The translations under genes and the position numbers were made by a program. A stretch of DNA of 64,000 bases from Camelus ferus. Lineage: Eukaryota. This document shows, one piece after another, positions 1 through 12,999 of the stretch (the stretch's first letter is position 1; the number at the start of each line of letters is the position of its first letter). A model generated the notes under the pieces. The model was not told the origin of the DNA. It did not search any database and saw only the letters and a program-made list of their open reading frames with translations. Location of the stretch: contig NC_045696.1 of assembly GCF_009834535.1 (NCBI RefSeq), forward strand, positions 112,656,001 through 112,720,000, read 5' to 3'.

Positions 1-570
1 CACTCGATATTATGTTTGTGAGATTTTTCCATGTTATTTTGAATAGTTGCAGTTAATTTTTTCTTGCTTTTCACTACAGTATTCCAATGTCTTAAAGTAA
101 CACAATTTCCTTATCCATGATGCTGTGGATGGATAATGAATTGTTCCTAGGTTCTGCCGATTTCAAGCAATGCGGCTATGACTGTTCTCATATATCTATC
201 CTAATGTTAATATCCACCACTTTTCCCAAGGGCAAGTACTTTAAGTGGATTTGCAAAGTTGTAGGATAAACTGTATACAATTAATTTAACTAGAAAAATG
301 CCCAATTATTTTCCATAGCGGTTATACCAATTTACACTCTTCAGTGAAGTGTACGGGAGTTTTCTGTCACTTCACATCTTTGCCAACATTTGGTATGGTC
401 AAACTTTAAAAAATATTTGCCAGCCAGCTGGGCAGGCAATGCTACCTGATTGTAGTTTCACTTTGCATTTCCCTGGTTATTGATGGGGATACTTAAAACA
501 TTGAACTTTTCATAAATTTATTGGTCTAATGTATTTCCTTGTTTGCTAAATGCCTATCCTAGTCTTTTCT
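1..570 (-). mobile_element. Ancient L1 (L1ME-like) ORF2 3' end/3'UTR fragment
   Basis: Degenerate antisense L1 motifs: 'ataccaatttacactct', 'cacatctttgccaacatttggtat', 'tttgcatttccctggttattgatg'. Confidence 0.8.
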
Positions 571-1499
571 GTGTTTCAGTAAGGCATTTATCAAAGGAAA
601 TTCTGATTTAAAAACCTTAACATTGACAACATAGAGCCTTTAAAAGGACTTGGTGATGTTAAAATGAATATAACTCATCATTCCCAATGCACTTAAAAAT
701 CATTTCACTTGGACCTTGGACCCCTTTTAACATCTCACTGCTAAACCAAGCCAATAATAAATTGTAGATGCTAGAGGAAAATTAATACACTTAAATTCAT
801 TAATGTGTCTACATCTGGAAGATGAACTGTGCAAAGCTCTTAGCTCTAATCTGTAAAATATATTGTAAATACTTTCAAAACCTCTTCAACTGATGCTTTG
901 ACAAATTTTAGTTTAAATATCTTAAGATAACACGTTCTATCTTTTGGTATAGGTTTTAAATTTTTAGTAAATTTTTACTATATTATAGAAATAAAAAAAC
1001 TTAATGACAGGATCATTTATTGAGTTTTTCTCCACTGAGAATAAAGGTCCTGGTAGAAACTGGTTTGGTAACTTGAACCCTGTCTTTAAGAGACAAAGGT
1101 CTCTACCTGAATTAGGCATAATTTTTAGAGGTGATTTACTGAAATATCAAAATAATTGAGTTCTTCTTCCATAAAGAAAGATAATATTTTTAAATGGTTA
1201 ATTAGGGACATAAGTATAAATAAATAGTTTTCCCAGGACATTGTTCTATCTTTGTATATGTATACACATAAAATATTGATATTAATCAAATTGTGAAGCA
1301 ATTTATAGATTAACCTATTTCTATTAAAATATACTCAACATGTGTTATATAAAACGTCTGAAGGGCTTCACTGTTTTGATAAAGTATATGGTATGTATAT
1401 GTGTACTAGAGTTTATTAGGTTTTGTTTGTTTCTTTGGAGGGTTATTTAAAACATCTCAACATGCTATCTGATTTTACTGTTAAGTCTATTTGAAAGCA

Positions 1500-2775
1500 A
1501 CTTCAGCTTTTAACCATAACCAAGTAACTGGTAACAGACATATCCTCTTTCTGAAAAGAACTATAAAATTGGAAAAATATGTGAAGTCATTGTTTTAGAA
1601 ATTAAACAATAGTCTGGACAAGACTGTGATCCCTGAAAGAAGAGAGATCTAAGGCATAACATGATCATGATCACCCCACAATCACCTCAACTTTCCCAAC
1701 AGCAGAAAAGTAGAACTAACAGGATTAGCTCTCACCGAAGAAGAGATTGGTGATCCAGGCTGCTGAGACATCTGGAATTTATAAAGCATCTTACCTGAGA
1801 AAAGGATCTATTTTGATGGAGGCTCCAGCAGTGTATGTAGGCTTTACAAGGCCTAGCAAAGATTGTTTTTTTCAAGGCTGAGAGCTAAACAGCAATACTA
1901 GAGGGCTTAGAGTGCTGGATTTTATTGATGTCCCAGCCCAGCCAAAGTGAAATGACCTACCTTGTCATTCACTTGAGACTTCAGTAAAATGATACCCTAA
2001 GTGTAAGGACCATGCCTTAGAAAGAAGTTTAAAATTAAATGTAAATAAAGCTTTAATAAAGAATAAATCCAGGCCTGAGAAGAACAGAATTATCCACTAG
2101 TGATTTATCTGTCATTCACATAAAAGTCAATATTGTTTAAGGGAGACAGCATAATCCAAATTCCCTTTAATTTATAATTCATAACGTCCAGCATATAACT
2201 AAAAGTTACTACAAATAAGAAAACAGAAAAAAAAATGTGAATCGTATTTGAGAGAAAAAGCGTTCTATATAAATCAATGCAAAATGTCCAGATGTTGGAA
2301 TTAGCAGCCAGGGACTTTAAAGCAGCTTTTATAAATATTTTAAAGGACAACATAATCATGATGAATGTACAGATAGTGTATCTCAGACTAGGAATGGAAA
2401 CTATAAATATCAACCAAATAAAAGTTATAGAATTAAAGAGTATAATATTTGGGGAAAAATCACTTGATAGCTTTAATTATAGATTGACAACCTGAAAAAG
2501 ATCATTGAACTCAATGAAAGATCCACATGCAATTATGCACTTTGAAGAACAGTGAGAAAATTAGATAGAAGAAAATGAATAGCATAGGACCTATGGAACA
2601 ATATCAAAAGTTATAACATAAGCATAATTGGAATTTTAGAAGAGGCGGAGAGGAGAAGGTAGACAAGGAAAGGAGAAGGTAAAAGAGGAGAGGAGGAGGA
2701 GAGAGAATAATGCAGTAAAAAAGAACATTTAAAGAATATTGGCCACAATGTTTCTGAGTTTGGTGAAAAGCACCA
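1500..2775 (+). mobile_element. Ancient L1M 5'UTR/ORF1 remnant
   Basis: 'cagatgttggaattagcagccagggactttaaagcagcttttataaatat' and ORF 2277..2495 (QMLELAARDFKAAFINILKD) resemble the degraded start of L1M ORF1; A-rich sense strand. Confidence 0.75.
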
Positions 2776-3269
2776 TTCATACTGTTTTTAAAACATACTA
2801 AACGAAATCATTTTATTTAAAATAAAATGTATGCATTTTAATTTATGCAGATTTCTTTTTTCCCTTGAATTTTTCATCAATTTATACAAATAGGTGACCA
2901 AAAAAAATATCATCACAGTCTCATAGGTTAACATGCTAAAGTTCAAGATATCCAAAGTTGTAAATAATTATATTTTAAAAAACAAAATAAACTTTATAGT
3001 AGACCAAGATGTTGAATTAAAATGTCTCAGATCAAAAAAGAGAAAAGAAAAAATATTTTTCTTATTGTAGTTTAGGATAATAGTAATCTATACTGTTTTA
3101 AAGCTGTGTTCTTTGAAAACAAGCAATAAAAAGAAATAACTGACTTTAGCAGAATGGAGTTGGAAGGAGCTTATAGAATCACAGGCATAATGAAAGGAGA
3201 TTAAAAAAGTGAAAAGAAGCAAAGAAGCTTCAGAAAGTCTTGGTAGCATGTGTAGGTTCACACCTTTAT

Positions 3270-3810
3270 TCATTATCCATTGCTGTTAAATATACTACCC
3301 ACAAATGTCATGGCTCAAATGACAGTAAACATTCTTGTATCTCACAGTTTCAATGGTGAAAAATTTGGGAGTACCTCAGCTAACAATTTGCGGCTTAGGG
3401 TCTCTCATGAGGTTGCCACCAAGATGTTGGTGACAGCTTTGGTCATTTGAAGGTTAATTAAGAGCTAAAGTTTCCACTTCCTCAGTGTCACTCACACAAC
3501 TATCAAGCCTCTGATGGCTCTTAAAATAAGCCTCAATTCTTCATGAGGGACACTTCCAGGTCTACTTGAGTGTCCTCACATCATGGTGGCTGATTTCCCC
3601 TAGAAGGGAAAGAGAAGAGAAGAGAAGGGAAAACTAGGTGAAAGCTGATTCCTTTTCATGCCTAGCTTTGGGAGTTTCTTAGAAATTATACATTCTATTT
3701 ACTAGAAGCAAGTCATGAAGTTTGGCCCAATTCATAAAGAAAGGAATGAGATTCCACCTTTTGAAGAGAGGAATGTCAAAGGATTTGAAGATGCATTGAA
3801 ACCACCACCA
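3270..3810 (-). mobile_element. MaLR solo LTR (MLT1G/H-like)
   Basis: 'cttagggtctctcatgaggttgc', 'cttgagtgtcctcacatcatggtggctgatttccc', 'gattccaccttttgaagagaggaatgtcaaagga' match antisense MLT1 motifs. Confidence 0.8.
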
Positions 3811-4709
3811 CAACCTTGACAGAGCTGCTACTGTAATGAATATTTACAGCTCTAAATATTTTATTCTGGTTTTACACCACTCTGGTGAAAATGAAAGTTG
3901 AAGACAATCATATTGTCATATTTTGGTTTACATTCCAACTAAAACTGCACATAATAGAAATAGACAATTTCCTAAAAAGAATTAATCATTTTATTGCTTT
4001 GATATGTATAATACCAGTGGTTTGGATATTAGGCATCACCCAAACAGTAAGTCTGCAATATGTGGCATAGGGAAATTTGACAGTTATTCATTTAAATGAA
4101 AATTAAATGTATCAAATACTTACCTACCAAAAATACTTCCACATTATACTGCATGTTCTTTGGCTAGCACAGTACTAACAACAGTGTTCACAAGATTTAA
4201 GACCTCCTGTATTGCTTTTCAACCCAATATTTCAAGCACAGTTAGACTTTCCATCTCACACCACTATGGTTTTCTATTCCTCAGTACTTTCTCTAAGCAT
4301 ATGGTGTAACTATTCATTAAATTGCTTCCTTTTCTCACCATATTTCAATTAGGAGTAACAGTTTCCTATTAGAAACTCTTGAATGAATTCTATTACCAAT
4401 AAAACAGTTTTTATTTTAAAGATGAATAGAATCTTCCTAAAATTCTTTCTGAACTGATACTGTTAACGTCTCAGATTATGAGAAGTTTTTATTGCTTTCC
4501 TTGTATGTGCAACCCAGAACCAACTTCAGTGTGGTTCCCTCTCCTTTCCTCTCCTCTCTTTAGATAACATTTTCATAAACAGACAGTTCAAGGTTCTTAA
4601 AGGAGTAACATTATAGTTGCTTCTTTACTGGACTCAAGTGACCATGATGTATTTTCTATTTTTATAAAACAGTGTTTTTTTAATTTATGCATTTATTTTA
4701 TAATATCAT

Positions 4710-5104
4710 ATTTTTAAAATTAAAGTATAGTTGATGTACAATATTATATGTTACAGGTGTACAATATAGTGGTTCACAAATTTTTAAAGGTTATACTCCA
4801 TTTATAGTTATTATAAATATTGCCTATATTCCCCATGTTGTATAATACATCCTTATAGCTTATTTTATACCTGACGGTTTATACCTCTTAATCCTCCACC
4901 TCCATCTTGCCCCCTCACCTCCCTCTTTCTACTGGTAACCACTAGTTCCTTCTCTACCTCTGTGAGTCTGTTTCTTTTCTGTTATATTCACTAGTTTGTT
5001 GTATTTTTTTTAGATTCCACACATAAGTGATATCTTACAGTATTTGTCTTTCTCTGTCTGACTTACTTCAGTTAGTATAATGCCCTCCAAGTCCGTCCAT
5101 GCTG
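4710..5104 (-). mobile_element. Cetartiodactyl-type L1 3'UTR (3' arm of an inverted insertion)
   Basis: Starts with the antisense L1 terminus 'aaagtatagttgatgtacaatattat'; contains 'tagattccacacataagtgatatc...tttgtctttctctgtctgacttacttca'. Confidence 0.9.
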
Positions 5105-5701
5105 CACACCAGAAAGTAATACAACATTTTAAATCAATTGTACTTCAATTAAAAAGCAAATAAACAACAGACCAACCCATTTAAAATATGGGCAGGAGAA
5201 CTGAACATTTTTCCAAAAGAAGAAATGCAGGTAGCCAACAGAAGCAAGAAAAGTTGCTCAACATCACTAAAATCAAGGAAATGCAAATCAAAATCACAAT
5301 GAGATATCATCTCACACCTGTCAGAATGGCCATCATCAAAAAGAGCACAAATAACAAATGTTGGCAAGGATGTAGAAAAAAGGGAACCTCTGTACACTCT
5401 TGGTGGGAATGTAAATTGGTGCTGCCACTATGGAAAACAATGTGGAGATTTCTCAAAAAACTAAAATTAGAACCACATATGGCCCAGCAGTTCCCTCCCA
5501 GGCATATATCTCAGAACAATAAAAAAGTCAATTCAAAAGGATATATACACTCCACTATTAACAGCAATGTTATTTATAATTGCCAAGATACAGATGCATC
5601 CCAAGTGCACATCAATAGATGAATAGATAAAGAAGATGTAGCATACATATGCAATGGAATACAACTCACCCACAAAAAGAAGGATATTTTGCCACTTGCA
5701 G
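5101..5701 (+). mobile_element. L1 3'-terminal stub (5101-5155) followed by L1 ORF2 C-terminal fragment
   Basis: ORF 5188..5622 contains [22 protein letters not shown]...[21 protein letters not shown], the ORF2p C-terminus with its CCHC motif; the frame then shifts. Confidence 0.9.
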
Positions 5702-5709
5702 ATGTCACA

Positions 5710-7815
5710 AGACAGTCCACCCAAAATCTCTGGATAGGCTGACTGCTGAAGGGCTTTGCCTACTGAAGCTCGTCTGTAAAGACTGGATGAGGTCCCTATT
5801 CTTCAAATGTGCAGATACCAACATAAGGCCACAAAGATCATGAATAATTCAGAACATGACACCACCAAAAAAAATTAATGAAGCTCCAATGACTGAACCA
5901 AAAGGAATGGAGATCTGTGAATGTTTGACAAAGAATTCAGGATAATTTTCTTAAAAAATTCAGTTAACTACAAGAAAACACAGATAGACAACTAAATAAA
6001 TTAAGAAAACAATCCATGAACAAAGTGAGAAGTTCAAAAAAGAAAAAGAGACCATTTAAAAAAAGGAAATTCTACAGTTGAAGAGTTCAATGAATGAACA
6101 GAAGAATTACAGAAAGCTTCAAGAGTGGAGTCTACCAAGCAAAAGAAAGAATTAGGGAACTAGAAGGCAGGCAATTTGAAATCATTGAGTTAGAGGGGCA
6201 AAAATAAAAAAGAATGAAAAAATCCTATGTGAATTATGACATACAATTAAAAGAAAAAAAATCTATGCAGTATGGGAATCTAAGAAGGAAAGGTGAGGGA
6301 GAAGGAAGAGTAAACTTACTGAGAACTTCTCAAACCTGGGAGGTAGTTTTGATGTCCAAGTTTATGAGGCTAATAGGTCACCTTAAAATTTCAACCCCAA
6401 AAGTTATCTCTAAGATATCTTTTGGAAATAAAAAAGAGAAAAGACTTTCCCAAACAAACAAAAGCTAGAAACATTCATCACCACTAGACCTGCCTTATAA
6501 GAAATGCTGAAAGGAATTCTTCAAGCTGAAGTGAAAGAATGCTAATGAGTAACATGAAAATATAGAACACACGGATGAAGGTACTTACATAGTCAAACAA
6601 TATACTTACAAGGACAAACAAGTAGGACTACATCAAACTAAAAAGCTTCTGCATAGGAAAAGTAGCAGTCACTAAAATGAAAGGCAGCCTATGACAGGAA
6701 AAATATTTGCAAACCATCTATCTTATAAAGAATTCATAACCAAAATATATTAAAAAACAACTCATTAGTAATAATAATAATAATAATAATAATAATCCAA
6801 ATGAAAAATGAGCAGAGGACTTGAATAGATGATTTTCTAGTTGAAGATATAAGAAATGGCCATCAGGTACATAAAAAGATGCTCTCATCATCAGGGAGAT
6901 ACAAATCAAAACCACATGAGACAACACCTCATACCTTTTAGAATGGCTATTATCAAAAATACAAGAAAAAACAAATATTGGTGAGGATGTGGAGAAAAGG
7001 CAACCCTCATGCACTGTTGATGGGAATGTAAACTGGTGCAGTCACTATGGAAGCCAGTACGGAGGGTCCTCAAATAATTAAAAATAGAGCTACCATATCA
7101 TCCAGTAATCCCACTTCTGGATACATATCCAAAGGAAATGAAATTATTAACTCAAACAAATATTTGTACCTCCATGTTCATTGCAGCACTATTCACAGTA
7201 GCCAAGACATGGGAACCACCTAAGTGTCCACCAAAGGATGGATGGATAAAAAAGATGTAATATACATATACACTGCCTGCACACACACAATGAAATATTA
7301 TTCAGCCATAAAAAAGAAAAGAGAAAAAATTGACTTTTGTGACAACATGGATGGACCTTGGGGGTGTTATGCTAACTGAAAAAGTCAGGCAGAGAAAGAG
7401 AAATCTTTAATGTTTTAACTCTATGTGGAATCTAAAAAAACCAGATTCATATAAACAGAGAATTAAAATGTGGCTGCCAAGCCCTATGGGTTGGGAAAAA
7501 ACAGGGAAATGTTTGTCAAAGAGTAGCAACTTTCAGTTATAAGATGAGTAAGTGCTGAGGTTGTAATGTATAGCGTGGTGACTACAATGAAAAAATACTG
7601 TATTATATACCTGAAAGTTGCTGAGAGTATAGCTCTTAAATGTTACTATCATACATACACACACACACAAAATTGGAAATTTTGTGAGATAATGAATGTG
7701 TTAACTAACCTTATTGTGTTAAAGATTTTGCAATATATAGATGGATCAAATCATCATGCTGTCCATCTTAAACTTACATATATTATATGTCAATTATATC
7801 TCCATAATGCCAAAG
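5710..7815 (+). mobile_element. Internally deleted L1 (L1MA9-like): 5'UTR/ORF1 pieces joined to ORF2 end and 3'UTR
   Basis: ORF1-type sequence about 5850-6550, abrupt jump near 6610 to late ORF2 ('ggactacatcaaactaaaaagcttctgca'), then L1MA9-like 3' end ('actttcagttataagatgagtaag', 'tatatgtcaattatatctc'). Confidence 0.85.
6769..6796 (+). repeat. (TAA)n microsatellite within L1
   Basis: About 9 perfect TAA units seen directly. Confidence 0.95.
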
Positions 7816-8709
7816 GTAAAAAGATTATGGAATCAACCTAAGAATCTCTGTTTTGGTCATACTATACATTATTACCTTTCAGATTTATTCAGGGGTTAAA
7901 TTTACATTCTATTTGTCAAATTCAAGATGATTTCAAGATCAAAGGCATTTTGATGGTCGTGTCCCCCTGTGCTGATTTCACAGCTTCACCTGTGAAGTGT
8001 TGAAATGTTGAAAATGTTGCAAATAGAAGCAGAAGAGTGAACAATTCTAGCTAGGCTTTTCTAAAGGAAAGCTTGTTTTGCCATTTAGTGACAGTTCAAT
8101 GATTTAAATATGAATGCAAGTAAGCAGGAGACAGAAGGAAAGCAACAGAGAAAGCAGGAAGGGAAATGAAGTGAAGCTAAAAGAAAATTAAGACAATGTC
8201 TGATTTAAACACTACATTGCAACTCAGGTCTCCTGAACAAAATATGTCGAGAAGTTTTGGGACTGTCAGGATGTAGCAAATGATGTCAGTAATAAAATGA
8301 AGCTGATACATTTTTACCAAACCAGATTTTCATGGAATAACAGACAGTCTTTTGAATCATAATGCTGTATATTTAATGGTGTTTCTTGGCATATAAGAAA
8401 AATCAATATTCATGTATTCCCTTCAAAAAACACTCAAAGAGCAATTCCTAAAACTACTTACTAGGTGTGGTAGATAAGGAGAAGGAAGCTAGCTACTACA
8501 GAACTCTTACAGCATTTCAGGCATTGTACTAAACCTACCTGATGCCCTCTGTAATTTTATTTTTCCCCAATGAAATGATATGATCAGTATAAATATAGAT
8601 CCCTGTCCTCAGGAGCTTTCAAAATACTCAAGAGTCAGGACTGAAGAAGCTAAAAAAAAAAAAAATCTTCAATAGCGAATGCACATAAAGTAATTTTATT
8701 TGTCAGGGG

Positions 8710-8900
8710 TTTGCATTCTTTTTACTTTTTAATTCATTTAATCCTCAAGACAGATCTACGGGTGGATCACTATTATAGGCATCCTAAAGGAAGAGAGGTG
8801 AAGTAAGCCAAAGGGCACACAGCTGGAAAGAGTCAAGCTAGGATTCTAATCTAGATAGTGGGTCCAGAGGGTATGCCCCTAACATGACTTTTACTGCCTC
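8710..8900 (-). mobile_element. MIR SINE fragment
   Basis: 'tcatttaatcctcaagaca...agagaggtgaagtaagccaaagggcacacagctggaaag' matches antisense MIR. Confidence 0.7.
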
Positions 8901-9249
8901 TCTTTCTTTTCACGGACAAGCAGAGCTCATCATTGGAAGTGCTGTCACTACGGGGTATGAGCGACTGTTGCCTTTGCAATAGCAGCAGCAGCCACAGAAA
9001 TATTTATAGAGCACTTCCTCTGTGTCAAGTCTTGTCTGAAGCACTTTACATGATTTTTGCCATTTAAAGAGGCCAAGATTTGTCTTAAATTAAAGGAAAT
9101 GAATGTACCTGAACAGAAGTGCCTTAATGCAACGTAGGTGGAGAAATTAACATGCTCTCAAGTGAAGGTGGGAAGTAGGAAGTGATTTTTACAGCTAAGG
9201 TGGAATTTATTCTCAATTCAAAGGAATATACAGAGAAGACAAATTAGGA

Positions 9250-9430
9250 TTCATTAAGCACTTATGCCAGACTTTATAAGCATGATCTCATTCTGTGTTA
9301 TTAATCATTATTATCTTCATCTTACAGGTGAAAAATTTGAGGTCCAGCCAAGTTAAGAAACTTGTCTAAGGTCTGATGGCTGGGGTGGTAATCAGGTTTA
9401 GGCTAGCTCTTTTTGACTACAAGGTCCCGG
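9250..9430 (-). mobile_element. MIR SINE fragment
   Basis: 'catcttacaggtgaaaaatttgaggtcc...gttaagaaacttgtctaaggtc' matches the antisense MIR core. Confidence 0.7.
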
Positions 9431-10129
9431 CAGTCTGAGGCTCAGAGATGTGGACCGGCTGAAAATAATGAAGAAGTCATAGATGGGGCTCACGGACAGA
9501 AATGGGTGCGATGTGACCAGATGAGACTTCATGGGCCATCTGATCAAAGGCAAATGTTCATGGAGGGATCCTAAAGGGAAGTACATACAGAAAGGCAAAC
9601 TGAGGCACTTTGTGGCTGGCCACGTTTTAAGAGTTTAAATATTTTATTCTAGATCTTACAAGGGCCTCTGAAATTCTTGAGCAGCAATATAGTATGATGA
9701 ATATGATACTTTAGAATGATAGAAGAAAGCAAATAAGAACCTAAAAAATACACATGTTTAATAATTCTTAATGACAATATTAAGCTAGTCCATTGCATGT
9801 CTCTTTTGTTAGTGTACATAAATATTCTGCCACTTTTAAATGCCGTGTTCTTACTGCAGTTCCCTTATCAAAAGAGAGAAACAATATAAAAATCCATCTT
9901 TCAGTTGCCTTCAGGCTTTTGAGAATGACAGCATCATTTTCTTTCTTGTCATACTGCCAGATCCAGGTCTTTAACTGGACAGGCATTCCTAAGAGCCTTT
10001 AATTTGAGTCAGGATCCTTAAAACCAATTTTGAAACATGCCTTTAATAATCTTTGTGTGTGTGCATGCATGTAGATGTAGCATTTTTGTATTTACATTTT
10101 ATGTGCAGAAGTTTCAGAAGTTCTGATTT

Positions 10130-10878
10130 TTTAATCTTTTAATATATTTTTATTTAAGTATAGTCAGTTTACAAGGTTGTGTCAATATCTGGTGTATAAC
10201 ATAAAGCTTCAGTCATATAGGAATATACATATATTTGTTTTCATATTCTTTTTCACTGTAAGTTACTACAAGATATTGAATACATTTCCCTGTGCTATAC
10301 AGTATGAACTTGTTGTTTACCTATTTGCAGACACTATATAGTAGTTAGTGTCTGAAAATCTTGAACTCTCAATTAATCCCTTCCCACCCCTTTCCTCCTT
10401 CTCAGTAACCATAAGTTTGTTTTTTGTGTCTGTGAGTCTGTTTCTGTTTTGTAAATAAGTTTGTCTTTTTTTAGATTCTATATATAAGTGATATCATATG
10501 GTATTTTTCTTCCTCTTTCTGGCTTACTTCACTTAGAATGACATTCTCCAGGTTCAACCATGTTTCTACAAATGGCATTATTTTATTCTTTTTATTATGG
10601 CTGAGTAGTATTCCATTGTATAAATATACCACAACTTCTTTATCCTGCCATCTGTTGATGGACATTTAAGTTGTTTCCATGTCTTGGCTATTGCAAACAG
10701 TGTTGCTGTGAACATTGGAGTGCATGTATCTTTTTGAATTAAGGTTCCCTCTGGATATATGTCCAGGAGTGGGATTGTTGGATCATACGGTAAATCTATT
10801 TTTAATCTTTTGAGGAATCTCCATACTGTTTTCCATAATGACTGCACCAAACTACATTCCCACCAACAGCGTAGAAGT
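10130..10878 (-). mobile_element. Camelid-type L1, 5'-truncated (ORF2 C-terminus and 3'UTR)
   Basis: ORF 10578..10850 ([29 protein letters not shown]...TCTPMFTATLFAIAKTWKQLKCPS) is L1 ORF2p; T-rich tail at the left end. Confidence 0.95.
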
Positions 10879-12999
10879 CTTAATTAATCTTTATTTTGTT
10901 ACTTCACTATTTGTCTCTGGATCCCTGACCTAACTATTAAAACCCGCTATGTAATTCTCACTTTGGCAGTATATTAAAGCTAATGGCTCTCAGTAGCAGA
11001 ATCAGAGGCAGTTTTATTTAACACAGAGGCATGGTTAGAGCAGCCATTAAGCCATAAGCAGCCATAAGATGCAGTGGCAGGGTTCTGAGGATGCCAAGGC
11101 AGGACCAGTTTTTCAGACCCCCAGTTCTCTCATGGCATGGGAGTGAGTGCAAGACACAGAGTGAAACCTTCCATTTCACCATTGTTAGGATACCTTTCTG
11201 GCAGGATGGACAGGAATCAACCATGGATGCTAGGTGGTGAGGGAAGTGCAGAAGACTCAGCATGGTGAGAGGTGATCTGGCTGTGGACTGACCCTGGTTT
11301 CCATCACATAAGTAAAGAACAGTTTAAGCAGCTGCCAAGAAGATGTGGCTAAAACCAATTCTTTTACTGCCACAACATGCTATTTTGAAAGTGAGAAACC
11401 TCTTTTTCTGTTATTGATAATAGATACTATGTCTTTCATACAATAACTTGCACACACCTCTTAGAGCAGGAACATACGGGCACATCACTTGTTCCTCTTC
11501 CACCCAGCAGCTGCTGACCACCCCTTCCTCTTGAATCTTCATCCCAGAATCTCATCCAGGGCCACCAGTGGACAAGGAGCCAGGCTTCAGTCAGTTCTTT
11601 GTCTATGGCGTCAGGCAGACAGACGTCTGTAGACGACGCACTTGCTGGGAAAGATGGATGTGGCTTACCCTATTACACATTTTAAAAATAGAATTATGCA
11701 AATACTCCTTGAAGAGGTCTTCAAAAGTGTGAACAGCATGTGAATTGTGGCAGTCTGTGTGGTTATCAGATCCCTGTGTGAAAGATACAAAGAGGTCCAT
11801 TCCCTGATGGAACACCCTTTCCTCACTCAAACTAATCCAGAACATGGACAAATCGCATGAAGCAAAGTCACGCATCAGCATTTTGAGAGTGAAAAAAAGC
11901 TCTAGTGGATTTATCACATGCATGCTCTCCAACTGAAGATGCGTAAGTCACTCCCCATGCGCCCTTGTTCAGTATCTCCACCACAAGGGCACAAAGAGGA
12001 CTGGGAACTCTGTCTGCCGAGTGTCTAGATTTAAGAGGCAGCAGCATCCCCTCCTTACACAGAGGCAGTGCTGCTAAAACACAATGAGCACCTAGAAGGT
12101 GGTGAGCGCTTATGAAACCCACTGTCTTGAATGGATTGATGTGATATATTCCCACAGGCACACCTGATAAATGACGTCTTTAATGGCCTCAGTTGCTAAA
12201 ATAACTGAATTTCCACCCCTTCCCACCCTTATACTTGTCTCCAAAAAAAAAAAATCTTCCAGACTCTTCCTCGGTTTGAAATCTTCCATGCAAGAGGATC
12301 ACAATTAAAAATATATATATAAGCAGTTGGTTCATTAGTCTCCAGTTCCTAAGAATGATGCAATTATTACATGCTTTCCTGACACCACTGAGAGAACAGG
12401 GGCCTGAGGAAATGTAATCACAAAGACTAGCAATGACTGATTTCAATAAAATAGTGTCATCTGTGGCTTCATCCTGGATGAAATCCACAAAGTCCATTGT
12501 GCTAAATAAGATACCAAGGGGAAAAAGTCATTTTTGAGAGATTTCCCATTTGCAAATTTGTTAGTACTTAATTTTGAAACTAAGCATAAGCTATTAGCAA
12601 CTCTTCTTTAACCTTCGTTAAAATCTCTGAGTAACACAGATGCTGTCCTCTCAGGAAAAGTCTGGTGAGGTCTTGGAGAAGAGACTCACTAGTCATTGTG
12701 GTCAGCAATAAAACACCCACCAGAAGGTGGCGCTGTAACTCAGACAGTTCTGATACTCTAGCACTTTGGAGAGAAATGAGATTATCTACTCAGCAGTTCT
12801 TTACCAGAATATGTTAGGTCAGCTTGGTGGTGGTGCTGCTTTATATTAGCAGAGAGAGAGTTTGGGTGTGAGAGTCACACACACATGTATTGCAACCAGC
12901 CTCCATATTTTATTCTTTGGATGACTTTAGCCAAGCAAGTTAATCAGGAGAGTAAGCCCCAGGCAACCTTCCAAGAGATTGATCCTCTACAAACTCTGA

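Noticed and set aside
5188..5622. 144-aa ORF with a CCHC motif as a host gene
   Set aside because: It is the C-terminus of L1 ORF2p in a truncated, frameshifted copy.
10471..10850. Two minus-strand ORFs with clear protein-like sequence
   Set aside because: L1 ORF2p C-terminus split by a frameshift or stop; 5'-truncated element.
12189..12497. 102-aa ORF in unique DNA
   Set aside because: No recognisable family, runs through a poly-A/T tract, and lacks convincing splice context.
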